DNA from: Holophagales bacterium | GTDB lineage: Bacteria > Acidobacteriota > Thermoanaerobaculia > Multivoradales > UBA5704 | DNA length: 64,000 nucleotides | Reading direction: 5' to 3' | NCBI GenBank assembly: GCA_031390755.1 | Contig: JANMTS010000035.1 | Location: 28,758 to 92,757, forward strand | Part shown: piece after piece, positions 44,726 to 54,161 of the stretch | How positions within the stretch are numbered: the first letter of the stretch is position 1 | How the letters are laid out: the number at the start of each line of letters is the position of its first letter | Program-made: the position numbers and the translations under genes | Notes under the pieces: generated by a model | Database searches by the model: none | What the model was told of the DNA's origin: nothing | What the model saw: the letters and a program-made list of their open reading frames with translations, nothing else

Positions 44726-47017
44726 TCAGTTGTCGTTGTGCAGCTCGATGAACTCGTAGACGAAGTTGTTCGTCCCCGTCGCGTCCGAGAACTCGTTGAT
44801 CACCACGCCCTTGGCGCAGCCGGCTCCGGCCCCGGTTCCCGGCGTGCCGGTCGTGGAGGCCGTCACCGTCCAGCTTGAAGCCAGGTTCGCCGCGAGGCAG
44901 GGATCCTTGCGCTTCACCGAGCTGCCGCCGCTCGACCCCATGGCGATCGTGCGGCCGTCGATGAGCGTGCTCGAAGCGTTGTAAAGGTCATAGGTCTCGG
45001 AACCGTTGATCACCGGCATCGTGTCCGCGGCGTTGAGATAGAGCACGCCCGCGGGCAGCGTTCCCCAGAACGTCTCGAACGCCGCTTTCGTCGCATTGCG
45101 GCCGATCACCAGGTAGCCGCCGGCCGGGATCGTCGTCCCCGTCGGGATCGTGTAGTTGAACGTGGAGTTGAGCTGCGACACGCGCCAGCCGGCCACGCTC
45201 ACGCTTCCGCCTCCCCCGCCGGGACCGTAGGTGATCCACATCGGCGCCGACCAGAGATCGTGACCGTCGGCCTGCACGGCGTGGACATAGTAGTAATAGG
45301 TTCCCGAGGTCAACGTTTCCGTGAACGACAGCGTGGAAGCCGACGCGGTCCGGTACGCCGACGCCGGCACGCCGCCGCCGATCTGTCCGCGCCAGACCTC
45401 GATCGTCGAGACCGACTCCGCGCCGGGATCGTAGACCGCGGCGCGCAGCGTCAACGAGCCGCCCGAGGCGCTGAAGATGTCGCCCATGACGTGGCCGTCG
45501 CTCGACGTGAAGACGAGCTGGGCGTTCGAATCTTCCGTCGCGTAGAAGTGCCGGGCCTTGTGGGCCTGCATCAGCTTGAGCTTGGTGAGCACCGGCGTCG
45601 CGACGTTCGGAACCAGATAGACCGTGCGGTTGGGGATGCCCACGCCGTAGTTGTTGCAGTGGGAGTCGTGATCCGCCACCGGACCGAGATGGAAACCCTT
45701 GTTCAGGGCCTCCCGCCAGCGCGGCGAGTAGTCGGTGCTGGCCACGTTCGCATTCGCGCAGTCCGTGGCCGTGCTGAAGGCGAGGCCGCTGCGCACCGCG
45801 ATCCCCTGCAGGGCGGCGTCGGCGTCGGCGTTGAAGGCGTAGTTGTCGAACTCGCCCGTGGACGGATGGCAGAGGATGCCGAGGGCTCCCGCGGACGACG
45901 GATTCTCCACCGAACGCTTGTACATCGTGAGATAGCCGTACCGCTTGGGAGTGAACGTGTCGAAATAGCAGTTCGATCCGGCCGTGCACTCCGCGTTCGG
46001 ACCGTTGCAGGTGGTGCAGGTCTCCCAGCCGAAGAGCTTGGGCGTCTCGATCAGGGTCACGTGGCCCTGATCGGCGTTCGTGCTCACGCCCCACTCCATC
46101 CCGTAGAGCCCGACGAAGACGTCGTTGACCGTCGCCGTGTTGGCGGCGGCACGGCCGTCGGCATACCGCTGCTTGACCTTCGCCTCGGTCACCGGCGGGT
46201 TGTTCGTGGCGAGCGCATCGTTGATCAGATGGTTGTGCTCGTTGATGAGCCAGTAGTCGAGACCGGCGGAGTTGCGGGCATAGCTGTACACGGCGGCCGG
46301 ATCGGAGGTGCCGCTGCCGTAGGAGTTGCCGGACGAGCAGCCGGTCGTGGGATGGCCGCCGTCCGACCAGTTCGAGTGGCTGTGGGTGGAGCCGTAATAG
46401 TAGTTGTAGCCGAAGCCGCTCTCGATCGGCGTGTTCTGCTGCGCCTGGCACGAGCCCAGGGCGGTGCTCTGGCGCAGGCGGATGCTCTCGTCCTCGGTGA
46501 GCGAATAGTTCACGATCACGTCGTCCGTGGAGGCGTGCGCCTCCGAGATGCCGGTCATGGATCGCAGATCCTCATAGCTGCGCATGGGCAGGGCGAGGCG
46601 GATGCGGTCCGGAGCGAAGCGGCCGAGAAAGCTGTACCGGTACTTGCCCGGCGGGACGAGGCCGCCCTGCTCGTCGCGGCCGTCCCACGAGAACTCCGCC
46701 ACGGCCTGGCCGCTCTCGTCGATCCTCGCGGCGCCGCTCTCCGCGCGCACCAGCTCGCCGGCCTCGCTGCGGATCTCCAGCCGCCAGAAGGCCCGGCCGA
46801 AGTCGCCGAACGCGGCGGCCCGCTGATTCGAGAGGACCGCATAGAGACGGACCTTTCCGAGGTCGCCCTCCAGCGAGGGAGAGAATTGATAGGTATCGGC
46901 TCCGAGGAAGGCGATGAAATTCGCATCGCATTCGTCGTACTCGGCGGCGCGCACCGGCGCCACGGCCAGGACGGCCAGCAACACGGCAGGCAATAGAAAC
47001 ACTGCAGATCGATTCAT
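44726..47017 (-). CDS. Secreted PHP-domain (polymerase/histidinol phosphatase-like metallo-phosphoesterase) protein with C-terminal lamin-tail domain (LTD)
   Basis: 763 aa with a signal peptide. PHP signature YYGSTHSHSNWSDGGHP. Many Cys. C-terminal LTD motif GVVINEFSDATGTNNFVYEFIELHN. Confidence 0.6.
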   Translation of the reverse strand: MNRSAVFLLPAVLLAVLAVAPVRAAEYDECDANFIAFLGADTYQFSPSLEGDLGKVRLYAVLSNQRAAAFGDFGRAFWRLEIRSEAGELVRAESGAARIDESGQAVAEFSWDGRDEQGGLVPPGKYRYSFLGRFAPDRIRLALPMRSYEDLRSMTGISEAHASTDDVIVNYSLTEDESIRLRQSTALGSCQAQQNTPIESGFGYNYYYGSTHSHSNWSDGGHPTTGCSSGNSYGSGTSDPAAVYSYARNSAGLDYWLINEHNHLINDALATNNPPVTEAKVKQRYADGRAAANTATVNDVFVGLYGMEWGVSTNADQGHVTLIETPKLFGWETCTTCNGPNAECTAGSNCYFDTFTPKRYGYLTMYKRSVENPSSAGALGILCHPSTGEFDNYAFNADADAALQGIAVRSGLAFSTATDCANANVASTDYSPRWREALNKGFHLGPVADHDSHCNNYGVGIPNRTVYLVPNVATPVLTKLKLMQAHKARHFYATEDSNAQLVFTSSDGHVMGDIFSASGGSLTLRAAVYDPGAESVSTIEVWRGQIGGGVPASAYRTASASTLSFTETLTSGTYYYYVHAVQADGHDLWSAPMWITYGPGGGGGSVSVAGWRVSQLNSTFNYTIPTGTTIPAGGYLVIGRNATKAAFETFWGTLPAGVLYLNAADTMPVINGSETYDLYNASSTLIDGRTIAMGSSGGSSVKRKDPCLAANLASSWTVTASTTGTPGTGAGAGCAKGVVINEFSDATGTNNFVYEFIELHNDN

Positions 47018-47173
47018 GGGGATCTCCTCTGTCTTCCAGGTCCCGGAAAGGGCTTCCTACTCTCCAATGTGCCCGGCGGGCTGTTTTGAGAGCTGCCCTG
47101 CGGTTCCAGCTTGGTGACGGAAGGATGACGAATCGTGCCGTGATATCGTCGCTCTGCAAAGGAGGCGCACGTA

Positions 47174-47713
47174 ATGGAGGCGCACTCAATGGAGGAATGG
47201 CCCTTGAAGAGACACCAACTTCTGTTTCTGGCCGCCCTGCTCGGCGTCCTGATCACCTCGCCGGCGTTCGCCGCCGACCACCGGATCGGCTTCGGTATCC
47301 ACCACTGGCAGACGGTCGACGACCTTGCGGACGACGGCCTCGAGGATCTCGACGAGAGCGGAACCTCCGGTATCGCCTCGTATCAATACATGCCCGAGGG
47401 GCTTTTCTCGTTCGAGCTCGACCTGGAGTATTTCGCCGACGGGTTCGGCGGCTCGACCGAAGCGGCCCTGTCGCCGCAGGTCTACGTGCTGGTCGGCCAC
47501 GGCCTCTATGCGGGGGTCGGCGTCGGAGCCATCTTTTCGGACGGTGAGTCCTCGGATCCGTTCTATGCCGCGAAGGTGGGAACGAACATCTCGATCCTGC
47601 CCCGGCTGAGCCTGGACATCAACGCCAACTATCGATTCGACGACTGGAGCCTGATCGACGAGGCCGATACGGACACGGTCACGTTCGGCGCGCTGGTGCG
47701 GATCCGTCTCTGA
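47174..47713 (+). CDS. Putative outer-membrane beta-barrel protein (OmpW/OmpA-like small porin family)
   Basis: 179 aa with a signal peptide LLFLAALLGVLITSPAFAAD and alternating hydrophobic beta-strand-like pattern. C-terminal VTFGALVRIRL. Confidence 0.45.
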   Translation: MEAHSMEEWPLKRHQLLFLAALLGVLITSPAFAADHRIGFGIHHWQTVDDLADDGLEDLDESGTSGIASYQYMPEGLFSFELDLEYFADGFGGSTEAALSPQVYVLVGHGLYAGVGVGAIFSDGESSDPFYAAKVGTNISILPRLSLDINANYRFDDWSLIDEADTDTVTFGALVRIRL

Positions 47714-47769
47714 CAGTTGTCCCCCGACGATCCTCGACGGTCCTCGATGTCCTCGACGATCCTCGATGG

Positions 47770-48060
47770 TCAGCCGCCGCTCACGGCGGGCAGGATGACG
47801 ATCTCGGCGCCGTCGCGCACGGCGGCGCCGAGCCCTCCGAGATCGCGAATGCTCTCGCCGTCGACGAAGATGTTGACGTGAGGCCGCACCTCTCCAAGCT
47901 CGTTCAGAACCCGGTCCCGCACTCCCGGGTATTGCTCCCCGAGACGGGCGAGCGCGTCCGCCACGGAGCCCACCGTGCCCGGAATGCCCTCCACGCTGAC
48001 TCGGTCGTGTCCTCCGGCAAGCTCGCGGAGGGGGGCTGGAATCACGAAGGCGCAGGCCAT
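47770..48060 (-). CDS. ThiS/MoaD-family ubiquitin-like sulfur-carrier protein (C-terminal Gly-Gly)
   Basis: 96 aa ending ..AEIVILPAVSGG. Start ATG 48060..48058 immediately follows the stop of the upstream BNR gene. Confidence 0.6.
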   Translation of the reverse strand: MACAFVIPAPLRELAGGHDRVSVEGIPGTVGSVADALARLGEQYPGVRDRVLNELGEVRPHVNIFVDGESIRDLGGLGAAVRDGAEIVILPAVSGG

Positions 48061-48062
48061 GG

Positions 48063-49181
48063 CTAGACCACCGCCACCTTGACCGAGACGATCGGCGGAA
48101 GCCCGTCGCACAGCTCGGACCAGCTCTCTCCCTCGTCGGCCGAGCCGAACAGCTTGCCGCTCCGCGTTCCGAAGTAGACCCCGGCCGGCTGGAGCGAGTC
48201 GACGGCCATCGCGTCGCGCAGAACCGTCTCGTACGCATCCTGCTGCGGCAGGCCCTCGGACATCGCTTCCCATCCCTTGCCGGCGTCCCGCGTCCGATAG
48301 ACGCGCAGCTTGCCGCCGGGCGTGCAGCGGAACGTGTCGGATTCGAGCGGCACGATCCAGGCGCAATCCGGATCTTCCGGATGAATGCCCAGGGCGAAGC
48401 CGAAGTCGGAGGGCACGCCGTTCGCGATGTCCGTCCAACTCGCGCCGCGGTCGTCGCTCCGGTACAGGCCCCAGTGGTTCTGGAGGAACATCCGGTCGGG
48501 CTGCCGCTTCGACTGGACCACCTTGTGAACGCACTGGCCGAACTCCGGATTCTTGTCCGGCAGGAAGTCGGCCCGCACTCCGTGGTTCGACGGCCGCCAG
48601 TTGGCGCCGCCGTCCTCCGTCACGTACACGCCGCCCGTGGAGATGGCGATCGTCATGCGGTCGAGGTCTTCCGGATCGAGCAGGAGCGTGTGCAGGCAGA
48701 GCCCTCCCCCGCCGGGCTGCCAGCGCGGCCGGTGAGGATGATTCCAGAGTCCTTCCATCAGCGACCAGGAATCGCCGGCATCGCGCGAGACGAAGAGGGC
48801 CGCCGGCTCGACGCCGCAGTACAGGGTATCGGGCTCGGACTCGCGGCCGGGGACGAGCTGCCAGATCTGCCGGAGGGCCGTTTCGGTGCCCTCGGGAAAT
48901 TTCACGTTCGCCTCCTCGGGCAGCGTCCAGTTGACGCCGAAGTCGTCGCTCGACTGGATCACCCCGCCCCAGTGCATACTGGTCGGCGCGGCCCAGAGGC
49001 GGTGGCGCCCGGCGCGGCCGTCGTAATTCATGGAGTAGACGGCGCTACCCGGAAAGTAGGGTCCACCCAGCTCCCACTTTCCCCGCTCGCGGTTTGCGCA
49101 AAGGACGAAGGCCCCCTTCATCGTTCCGACGAGCAGAAGAAGGTCGCCATTCTGGGGGGTGACGTGACGAATGTCCGGCAT
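48063..49181 (-). CDS. BNR/Asp-box repeat beta-propeller protein (sialidase/xyloglucanase-like fold), function unknown
   Basis: 372 aa with repeated S-x-D-x-G-x-x-W motifs: SSDDFGVNW, SRDAGDSW, TEDGGANW, SDDRGASW, TRDAGKGW, SADEGESW. Confidence 0.6.
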   Translation of the reverse strand: MPDIRHVTPQNGDLLLLVGTMKGAFVLCANRERGKWELGGPYFPGSAVYSMNYDGRAGRHRLWAAPTSMHWGGVIQSSDDFGVNWTLPEEANVKFPEGTETALRQIWQLVPGRESEPDTLYCGVEPAALFVSRDAGDSWSLMEGLWNHPHRPRWQPGGGGLCLHTLLLDPEDLDRMTIAISTGGVYVTEDGGANWRPSNHGVRADFLPDKNPEFGQCVHKVVQSKRQPDRMFLQNHWGLYRSDDRGASWTDIANGVPSDFGFALGIHPEDPDCAWIVPLESDTFRCTPGGKLRVYRTRDAGKGWEAMSEGLPQQDAYETVLRDAMAVDSLQPAGVYFGTRSGKLFGSADEGESWSELCDGLPPIVSVKVAVV

Positions 49182-49290
49182 CGGGATCTCCTATGATGGC
49201 TCAGCTCCCCCATCGTATCGGGGATCGATTTCATCCTGCAAGTGCGAGCCTGCGCCTCGATTTCGGGAGCGCTTCGACGCGACGCGGCCC

Positions 49291-50430
49291 TCACGCGGAC
49301 CAGCGGATCTCCCGGGCCGGCGCGTCCTCTTCGACGAACCGGAGCAATGCCTCCCCTTCTCTCTCCAGCTCCTCGATCGCACCGCTGTCGAGCGGGCTGA
49401 ACGGCTCCAGGATCAGGGCAGCGGACTTCTTCTTGCGTTCGACCTTCCAGGTGCCGGCCACGAAGCCGTCGACGAGGAACGTGGCCCTCACCTGGAGGTT
49501 CTTGAGGGTGACGCGGGGACGGTGCTCGTCGGCGATCACCCGCGTGCGGTCGTCGTGGCCGAGCACGAGGTTGTCGAACTCCGGCAGGAAGCGCACCGGA
49601 GCCGGCGTGTCTTCTGAACCCTCCAAGTACCGGGGGGCGTCCGGCAGATCGAACAGCTCGCGCTTGCGCTCGTCCCGGAAGGTGACGAGCTCAGACCGGA
49701 GATCCTCGAACACCGGCTTCAGCGCCGGCAAACCCGACCAGACCTGGGCATCGCGAGGCGTCGCCGGGCCGAACGCGGCGAGATAGCGGCGGACGAGAGC
49801 GTGCGCGGGCGTCTCGTCGACCGGGACCGGTTTCCCGAGCCAGGAATCGGCCAGCGCGAAGTCCGCGGCCGCGGGAAATCCCCAGGCGTCGTCCGTCGGG
49901 ACCTGAACGAGCGGAAGATGCATGCGGATCGCATAGGCCATGGCCCGCTCGTCGGCCGTCACGTTCCTGGCTTTCAGCCCGGCCCTCAGATGATCCCGCA
50001 GAGCGTCGAACGTGGCCGGAGCGCTGCCGAAGAACGCGCGCGCCTCCGCCTGAAGGGCCTCAAGATCGAGATCCTGCGACCGCTCGCGGAGAATCGCCTG
50101 CATGCCCTTGGTGAGCATCGGCTGGAGCGTGCCCCGCAGATCCACGTAGTCGGAGGCTGTCATGAGATGAAGCGTGCCGCGCATCGCCGTCGCGCGAAGG
50201 ATCTCGCGCTTGCGAAGCGCCTCGAGAAGGTCGGCGCGCCGAAAGCCTTCGATGCGCGTCCAGAGGCCGACGAACGGAGGGCGCGCCAGCTGCGCCTGAA
50301 GGCCGACGAGCCGTTCGATCACGGCGGCGGGAGTCCAGGCCTCGCGCGCAAGCAGCATCTGCCGGGCGAGCAGGGCGCGATTGAGCTGGCGGATCGTGAG
50401 CGTGGGTGGCGTGGCGGCGGTCATGGCCAC
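49291..50430 (-). CDS. Winged-helix DNA-binding YcaQ/AlkZ-family protein (DUF1006; putative interstrand-crosslink DNA glycosylase)
   Basis: 379 aa. N-terminus LTIRQLNRALLARQMLLAR..TPAAVIERLVGLQAQ and further YcaQ-like blocks. Confidence 0.6.
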   Translation of the reverse strand: MAMTAATPPTLTIRQLNRALLARQMLLAREAWTPAAVIERLVGLQAQLARPPFVGLWTRIEGFRRADLLEALRKREILRATAMRGTLHLMTASDYVDLRGTLQPMLTKGMQAILRERSQDLDLEALQAEARAFFGSAPATFDALRDHLRAGLKARNVTADERAMAYAIRMHLPLVQVPTDDAWGFPAAADFALADSWLGKPVPVDETPAHALVRRYLAAFGPATPRDAQVWSGLPALKPVFEDLRSELVTFRDERKRELFDLPDAPRYLEGSEDTPAPVRFLPEFDNLVLGHDDRTRVIADEHRPRVTLKNLQVRATFLVDGFVAGTWKVERKKKSAALILEPFSPLDSGAIEELEREGEALLRFVEEDAPAREIRWSA

Positions 50431-50784
50431 CCGAGCCTATCGCAGCCTCAGGCGTTCGTCCCCCACGATCGTTCAGCGCCTCGACGAAGCGGTGTTCGAC
50501 CAGAGCGGCGAGGCGAAGACCCGCATCCAGGTGCGCGTCCTTCACTTCGAGAGCGTCCAGCCGGTCAAGACCGCGTGCGGCGAACTTCCTCCTCTCCAGG
50601 ATGGAGCGAGTCGATGTGGCGGTGGTCGGAGCCCAACGGAACCGTCGAAGGGGGCCGTATCGATCGATTCCACCGGGCGTCCGCGGGGTTTTCAAGACCC
50701 GCACCGGCCGGAACCTCTCGACGGCCCCCCAACAACTGGAATGCTGAAGGGCTCAGCTTACAAAGAGGATTAAGCGCTTCGCGC

Positions 50785-51318
50785 TCAGGCCTTCTTGCCG
50801 CCGGGGATGCGCAGGCGCTGGCCGGGATAGATCTCGTCGGCGTCCTTGAGCATCGGCTTGTTGGCCTCGAAGATCTCCGGATACCGGTTGGCGTTGCCGT
50901 AGTGCTCCTTGGCGATCTTCGACAGCGTATCGCCCGACTTCACTTCGTAGTAGACGGCTTCGTCGGCGGCCTGCGCCGCGGCGTCGACCTTCAGCTGGTC
51001 GTCGACGCTGCCGATGCCCTCGGTGTTGCCGACGAGCAGGACGATCTTCTCCCGCTCTTCCTGGCTCTTCGCGGTGCCCGTGAGGGTGACCTTCTCGCCG
51101 TCGACGTCGACGGCGAAATTCTCGACCTTGAAGCCCATGCCCTCCACGACCTTCGTCAGGGCCTGGCTCCGGCGGCGCTCGTGAAGCTCCTTGACCTGCT
51201 CCGGCGTCGGCCCTCCCTGAGCGTGCGGAGCCGCCTGCGGAGCCTGGCCCTGCACCTTGTCGTCGTCTCCGAGCCCGAGCTTTTTTCCAACGCTCTTCAC
51301 AAATGAAATCAGTCCCAT
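50785..51318 (-). CDS. BON + LysM domain protein (Kbp/YgaU-like)
   Basis: 177 aa with MGLISFVKSVGKKLG (YgaU-like N-terminus). BON segment ..FKVENFAVDVDGEKVTLTGTAKSQEEREKIVLLVGN... C-terminal LysM YEVKSGDTLSKIAKEHYGNANRYPEIFEANKPMLKDADEIYPGQRLRIP. Confidence 0.8.
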   Translation of the reverse strand: MGLISFVKSVGKKLGLGDDDKVQGQAPQAAPHAQGGPTPEQVKELHERRRSQALTKVVEGMGFKVENFAVDVDGEKVTLTGTAKSQEEREKIVLLVGNTEGIGSVDDQLKVDAAAQAADEAVYYEVKSGDTLSKIAKEHYGNANRYPEIFEANKPMLKDADEIYPGQRLRIPGGKKA

Positions 51319-51441
51319 CTCTCACTCTCCTTTTTCTCGGGTGATCGTGTCTCGGGCCGCAGGTCGCGGCCCGCGTTCGTCATCTTGCTGCTTGAACGGC
51401 GTTGCAAGAGGCTTGCCCACCAGAGACAGGTTCGTGACAAG

Positions 51442-52122
51442 TCAGGAATCTTCGCGCGCCCTGACCTCTTTCGCCAGCCTCTCCACGACCTGGTCGATCG
51501 ACAGGTCGGAGGTGTCGACCCGGGTGTAGGTGGCGTCGCAGGTGAGAGGGGAATCCTCGCGGGACCGGTCGCGCCGGTCGCGGCGCTCGATCTCGTCGAG
51601 CACGGCCGCATAGGAAAGATCCCGGCCCGCCGCCTTCAGCTCGTCGTGGCGGCGCCGGCCGCGGATGTCGATCCGGGCGTCGAGGAAGAACTTGTGGGGC
51701 GTGCCCGGGAAGACGCGGGTACCGATGTCCCGGCCGTCGAGGACGCCGCCCCAGTGGCCGGCCGCCTCCCGCTGCAGGGCCACGAGGCGGCTCCGGACGC
51801 CGGGATGGGCGGCGATGGTCGAGGCCGCCTCCCCCACCTCCGGCGTGCGGATGAAGGCTTCGACCGGCTCGCCGTCGACGAGCACGTCGAAGCGGCCGTC
51901 GTCCTGGCGGCGCAGCCCGACCTCGGTCTCCCCCGCGAGCGCTTCGACGGCGGCCCGGTCGGACGGGTCGAGCCCGCGGCGCAGGACGTGGAGGGCGATG
52001 GCGCGGTACATGGCGCCGGTGTCGAGAAAGGGCACGCCGAGCTGCTTCGCGAGGCGGCGCGCCGTGCTGCTCTTGCCGACGCCGGAGGGTCCGTCGATCG
52101 CGACGATCAGCGGTCCTGTCAT
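51442..52122 (-). CDS. cmk: Cytidylate kinase
   Basis: 226 aa. P-loop IVAIDGPSGVGKSSTARRLA, DTGAMYRAIA. Start ATG 52122..52120 overlaps the rluB stop (ATGA). The 451-aa track ORF is a spurious extension through the RluB tail. Confidence 0.85.
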   Translation of the reverse strand: MTGPLIVAIDGPSGVGKSSTARRLAKQLGVPFLDTGAMYRAIALHVLRRGLDPSDRAAVEALAGETEVGLRRQDDGRFDVLVDGEPVEAFIRTPEVGEAASTIAAHPGVRSRLVALQREAAGHWGGVLDGRDIGTRVFPGTPHKFFLDARIDIRGRRRHDELKAAGRDLSYAAVLDEIERRDRRDRSREDSPLTCDATYTRVDTSDLSIDQVVERLAKEVRAREDS

Positions 52123-53375
52123 CGCGGGGATCGACCCCTCGGCGTCCTGGGCCCGCCCGGTCCGCGCGGTGCGGCGCCGGGCCTCCGGGCGGCCGGAGCC
52201 TTCCCGGAAGGAGCCCTCTTCGACGGGGCTCCCTTGGACGGGACTCCCTTCGACGGGGCACCCTTGGACGGAGCGCCCTTCGAGGGCGCCCCCTTTGCGG
52301 GAACTCCCCTGGACGGGGCCCGCTTCGCGGGAGGCCTCTGGGAGGGCGCCCTCGTCAGCGGTGCGGGTCTCGCGGGAGGTCTCCTTGCAGGAGCCGCCGG
52401 AGCCGGAGCCTTGGCCGCGGGGGCCTCCTCCGGGGGAGCCGCAGTCTTCTTCGCAGGCTTCACGGGGGCTTTTGCGGCCGGGCCGCGGGTGGTGGACGGG
52501 ACGGACGGGCGGCGCGGGGCGGGCGCGGTACTCGCGGCGGCGGTGCCGGTGCCGTCCGTCGCCGTCGCCGGCTTCGCGGCCCGCTCCTTCTTCTCCTTGG
52601 CCTCTTTCGGATCGCGCGCGGTTTTCAAGAGCGCCTGGACCTCGCGGTCGGTCAGCTCGCGGATGGAGCCGGGCGGCAGGTCGGGGTCCCGCAGCGGGCC
52701 GATGGCGACCCGCCGCAGCTTGTGGACGGGGTGGCCGACCTGCTGGAACATCTCGCGGATCTGGCGCGTCCGGCCCTCGGTGAGCTGGACGACCCACCAG
52801 GAGTTCTCGCCGCCCTCGTCGTCGTCCCGGACGGGACGGCGGCGATGCGCGACGGGCGAATGCCGCGGCGTGATCTTCGCCGGCGCGGTCTTCTTGCCTT
52901 CGAGGTAGACGCCGGTGCGCAGGCGTTCGAGCGTCTCTTCATCCGGCCGGCCCTTCACCTTGACCTCGTAGATCTTGACGCTGCCGTAGCGCGGATGGGC
53001 CACGCGCTGGGCGAACTCGCCGTCGTCGGTGAGCAGGAGCAGGCCCTCGGTGCCGAAGTCGAGCCGGCCGACCGGGACCAGCGCCTTGCGGAAGGCCGGC
53101 GGGATGAACTCGATCACCGTCGGCCGGCCCTCGGGGTCGGAGAGCGTGGACATCACGTTCTTCGGCTTGTTGAGCAGCAGATAGCGGTGCTCGCCGGTGT
53201 GCGGCTGGATGCGGCGGCCCTCGACCTTGATGGCGTCGTTCTCGGGATCGGCCTTCTCGCCGAGGGTGGCGACGCGGCCGTTCACGCTCACGAGGCCCTG
53301 CTCGATCATCTCCTCGGCCTTGCGGCGCGAGGCGATGCCGGCCCGGGCGATGATCTTCTGCAGACGTTCTTCCAT
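52119..53375 (-). CDS. rluB: 23S rRNA pseudouridine synthase RluB with long Lys/Pro/Ala-rich repetitive C-terminal tail
   Basis: S4 domain IIARAGIASRRKAEEMIEQGLVSVNGRV. Catalytic VGRLDFGTEGLLLLTDDGEF. The about 150-aa tail contains (GAPSK)n, encoded by a 15-bp tandem DNA repeat at about 52215..52300. Confidence 0.85.
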   Translation of the reverse strand: MEERLQKIIARAGIASRRKAEEMIEQGLVSVNGRVATLGEKADPENDAIKVEGRRIQPHTGEHRYLLLNKPKNVMSTLSDPEGRPTVIEFIPPAFRKALVPVGRLDFGTEGLLLLTDDGEFAQRVAHPRYGSVKIYEVKVKGRPDEETLERLRTGVYLEGKKTAPAKITPRHSPVAHRRRPVRDDDEGGENSWWVVQLTEGRTRQIREMFQQVGHPVHKLRRVAIGPLRDPDLPPGSIRELTDREVQALLKTARDPKEAKEKKERAAKPATATDGTGTAAASTAPAPRRPSVPSTTRGPAAKAPVKPAKKTAAPPEEAPAAKAPAPAAPARRPPARPAPLTRAPSQRPPAKRAPSRGVPAKGAPSKGAPSKGAPSKGVPSKGAPSKRAPSGKAPAARRPGAAPRGPGGPRTPRGRSPR

Positions 53376-53411
53376 GATGCGGTCTCTCTTTCTCGACTCG
53401 AGGGGCTGGGG

Positions 53412-54161
53412 CTAGTCCGGCTCGCCGGAATCGGCCGCCTCTTCGAGCGCCGCCACTTCGCGCTGGAAGGTTTCTTCACGGTCCACCAGGAGGGACTCGT
53501 CGATCGGCTGCGGCAGGAAGGCTTCCATGGTCTCGGCGCTCACCGGGGTGATGGCGTCGCCGCCCCCGCCGGCCGTGGCGCCGAAGGTCTCCTCGAACTC
53601 TTCGAGCGGCGGCAGATCCTTGAGGGTGTTCAGGCCGAAGTGGACCAGGAACTCCTTGGTGGTGCCGTAGAGGAACGGCTTGCCCACCACCTCCTTGCGG
53701 CCGGTGATGCGCACGAGCCGGCGCTCCAGAAGCGTCTTGAGGACGCCCGCGGCGCTGACGCCGCGCAGCTCCTGGATCTCGGGCGCGGTGACCGGCTGGC
53801 GGTAGGCGATGATCGCCATGGTCTCCAGCGCGGCCATGGAGAGCTTGCTGCCGCCGGAGACGTCGAAGAAGCGGCGGAGCCAGCCGGCCACTTCCGGACG
53901 GGTGGCGAGACGGACGCCGCCGGCCACGTCCTCGACGAGGATGCCGCGGCCTTCCGTCGACTCCTCCGCACCCTCCCCGGAGCTCTCGGAGCTGCCGGCC
54001 CCGTAGCCGGCATAGCGGGCGAGCACGGTCTCCAGGGCCTCCGGAACCTGCGGCCGGTCCTCCTCGTCGAAGAGATCCACCAGCTTCTGCCGCGGCACCG
54101 GCTCCGAGGAGACGAACAGGATCGCCTCCAGGATCGCCTCCATTTCACGTCTCTCGATCAT
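53412..54161 (-). CDS. scpB: Segregation and condensation protein B
   Basis: 249 aa with winged-helix blocks ILEAILFVSSEPV and MAALETMAIIAYRQPVTAPEIQELRGV. Confidence 0.85.
   Translation of the reverse strand: MIERREMEAILEAILFVSSEPVPRQKLVDLFDEEDRPQVPEALETVLARYAGYGAGSSESSGEGAEESTEGRGILVEDVAGGVRLATRPEVAGWLRRFFDVSGGSKLSMAALETMAIIAYRQPVTAPEIQELRGVSAAGVLKTLLERRLVRITGRKEVVGKPFLYGTTKEFLVHFGLNTLKDLPPLEEFEETFGATAGGGGDAITPVSAETMEAFLPQPIDESLLVDREETFQREVAALEEAADSGEPD

Noticed and set aside
47727-47770. 10-bp x 4 tandem repeat CCTCGAYGRT downstream of the ThiS-like gene
   Set aside because: Too short and simple to interpret. Noted only.
50431-50784. 354-bp intergenic region between the ycaQ-like and LysM/BON genes as a possible ncRNA
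   Set aside because: No conserved structure or motif is recognisable by eye. It would need covariance-model search.
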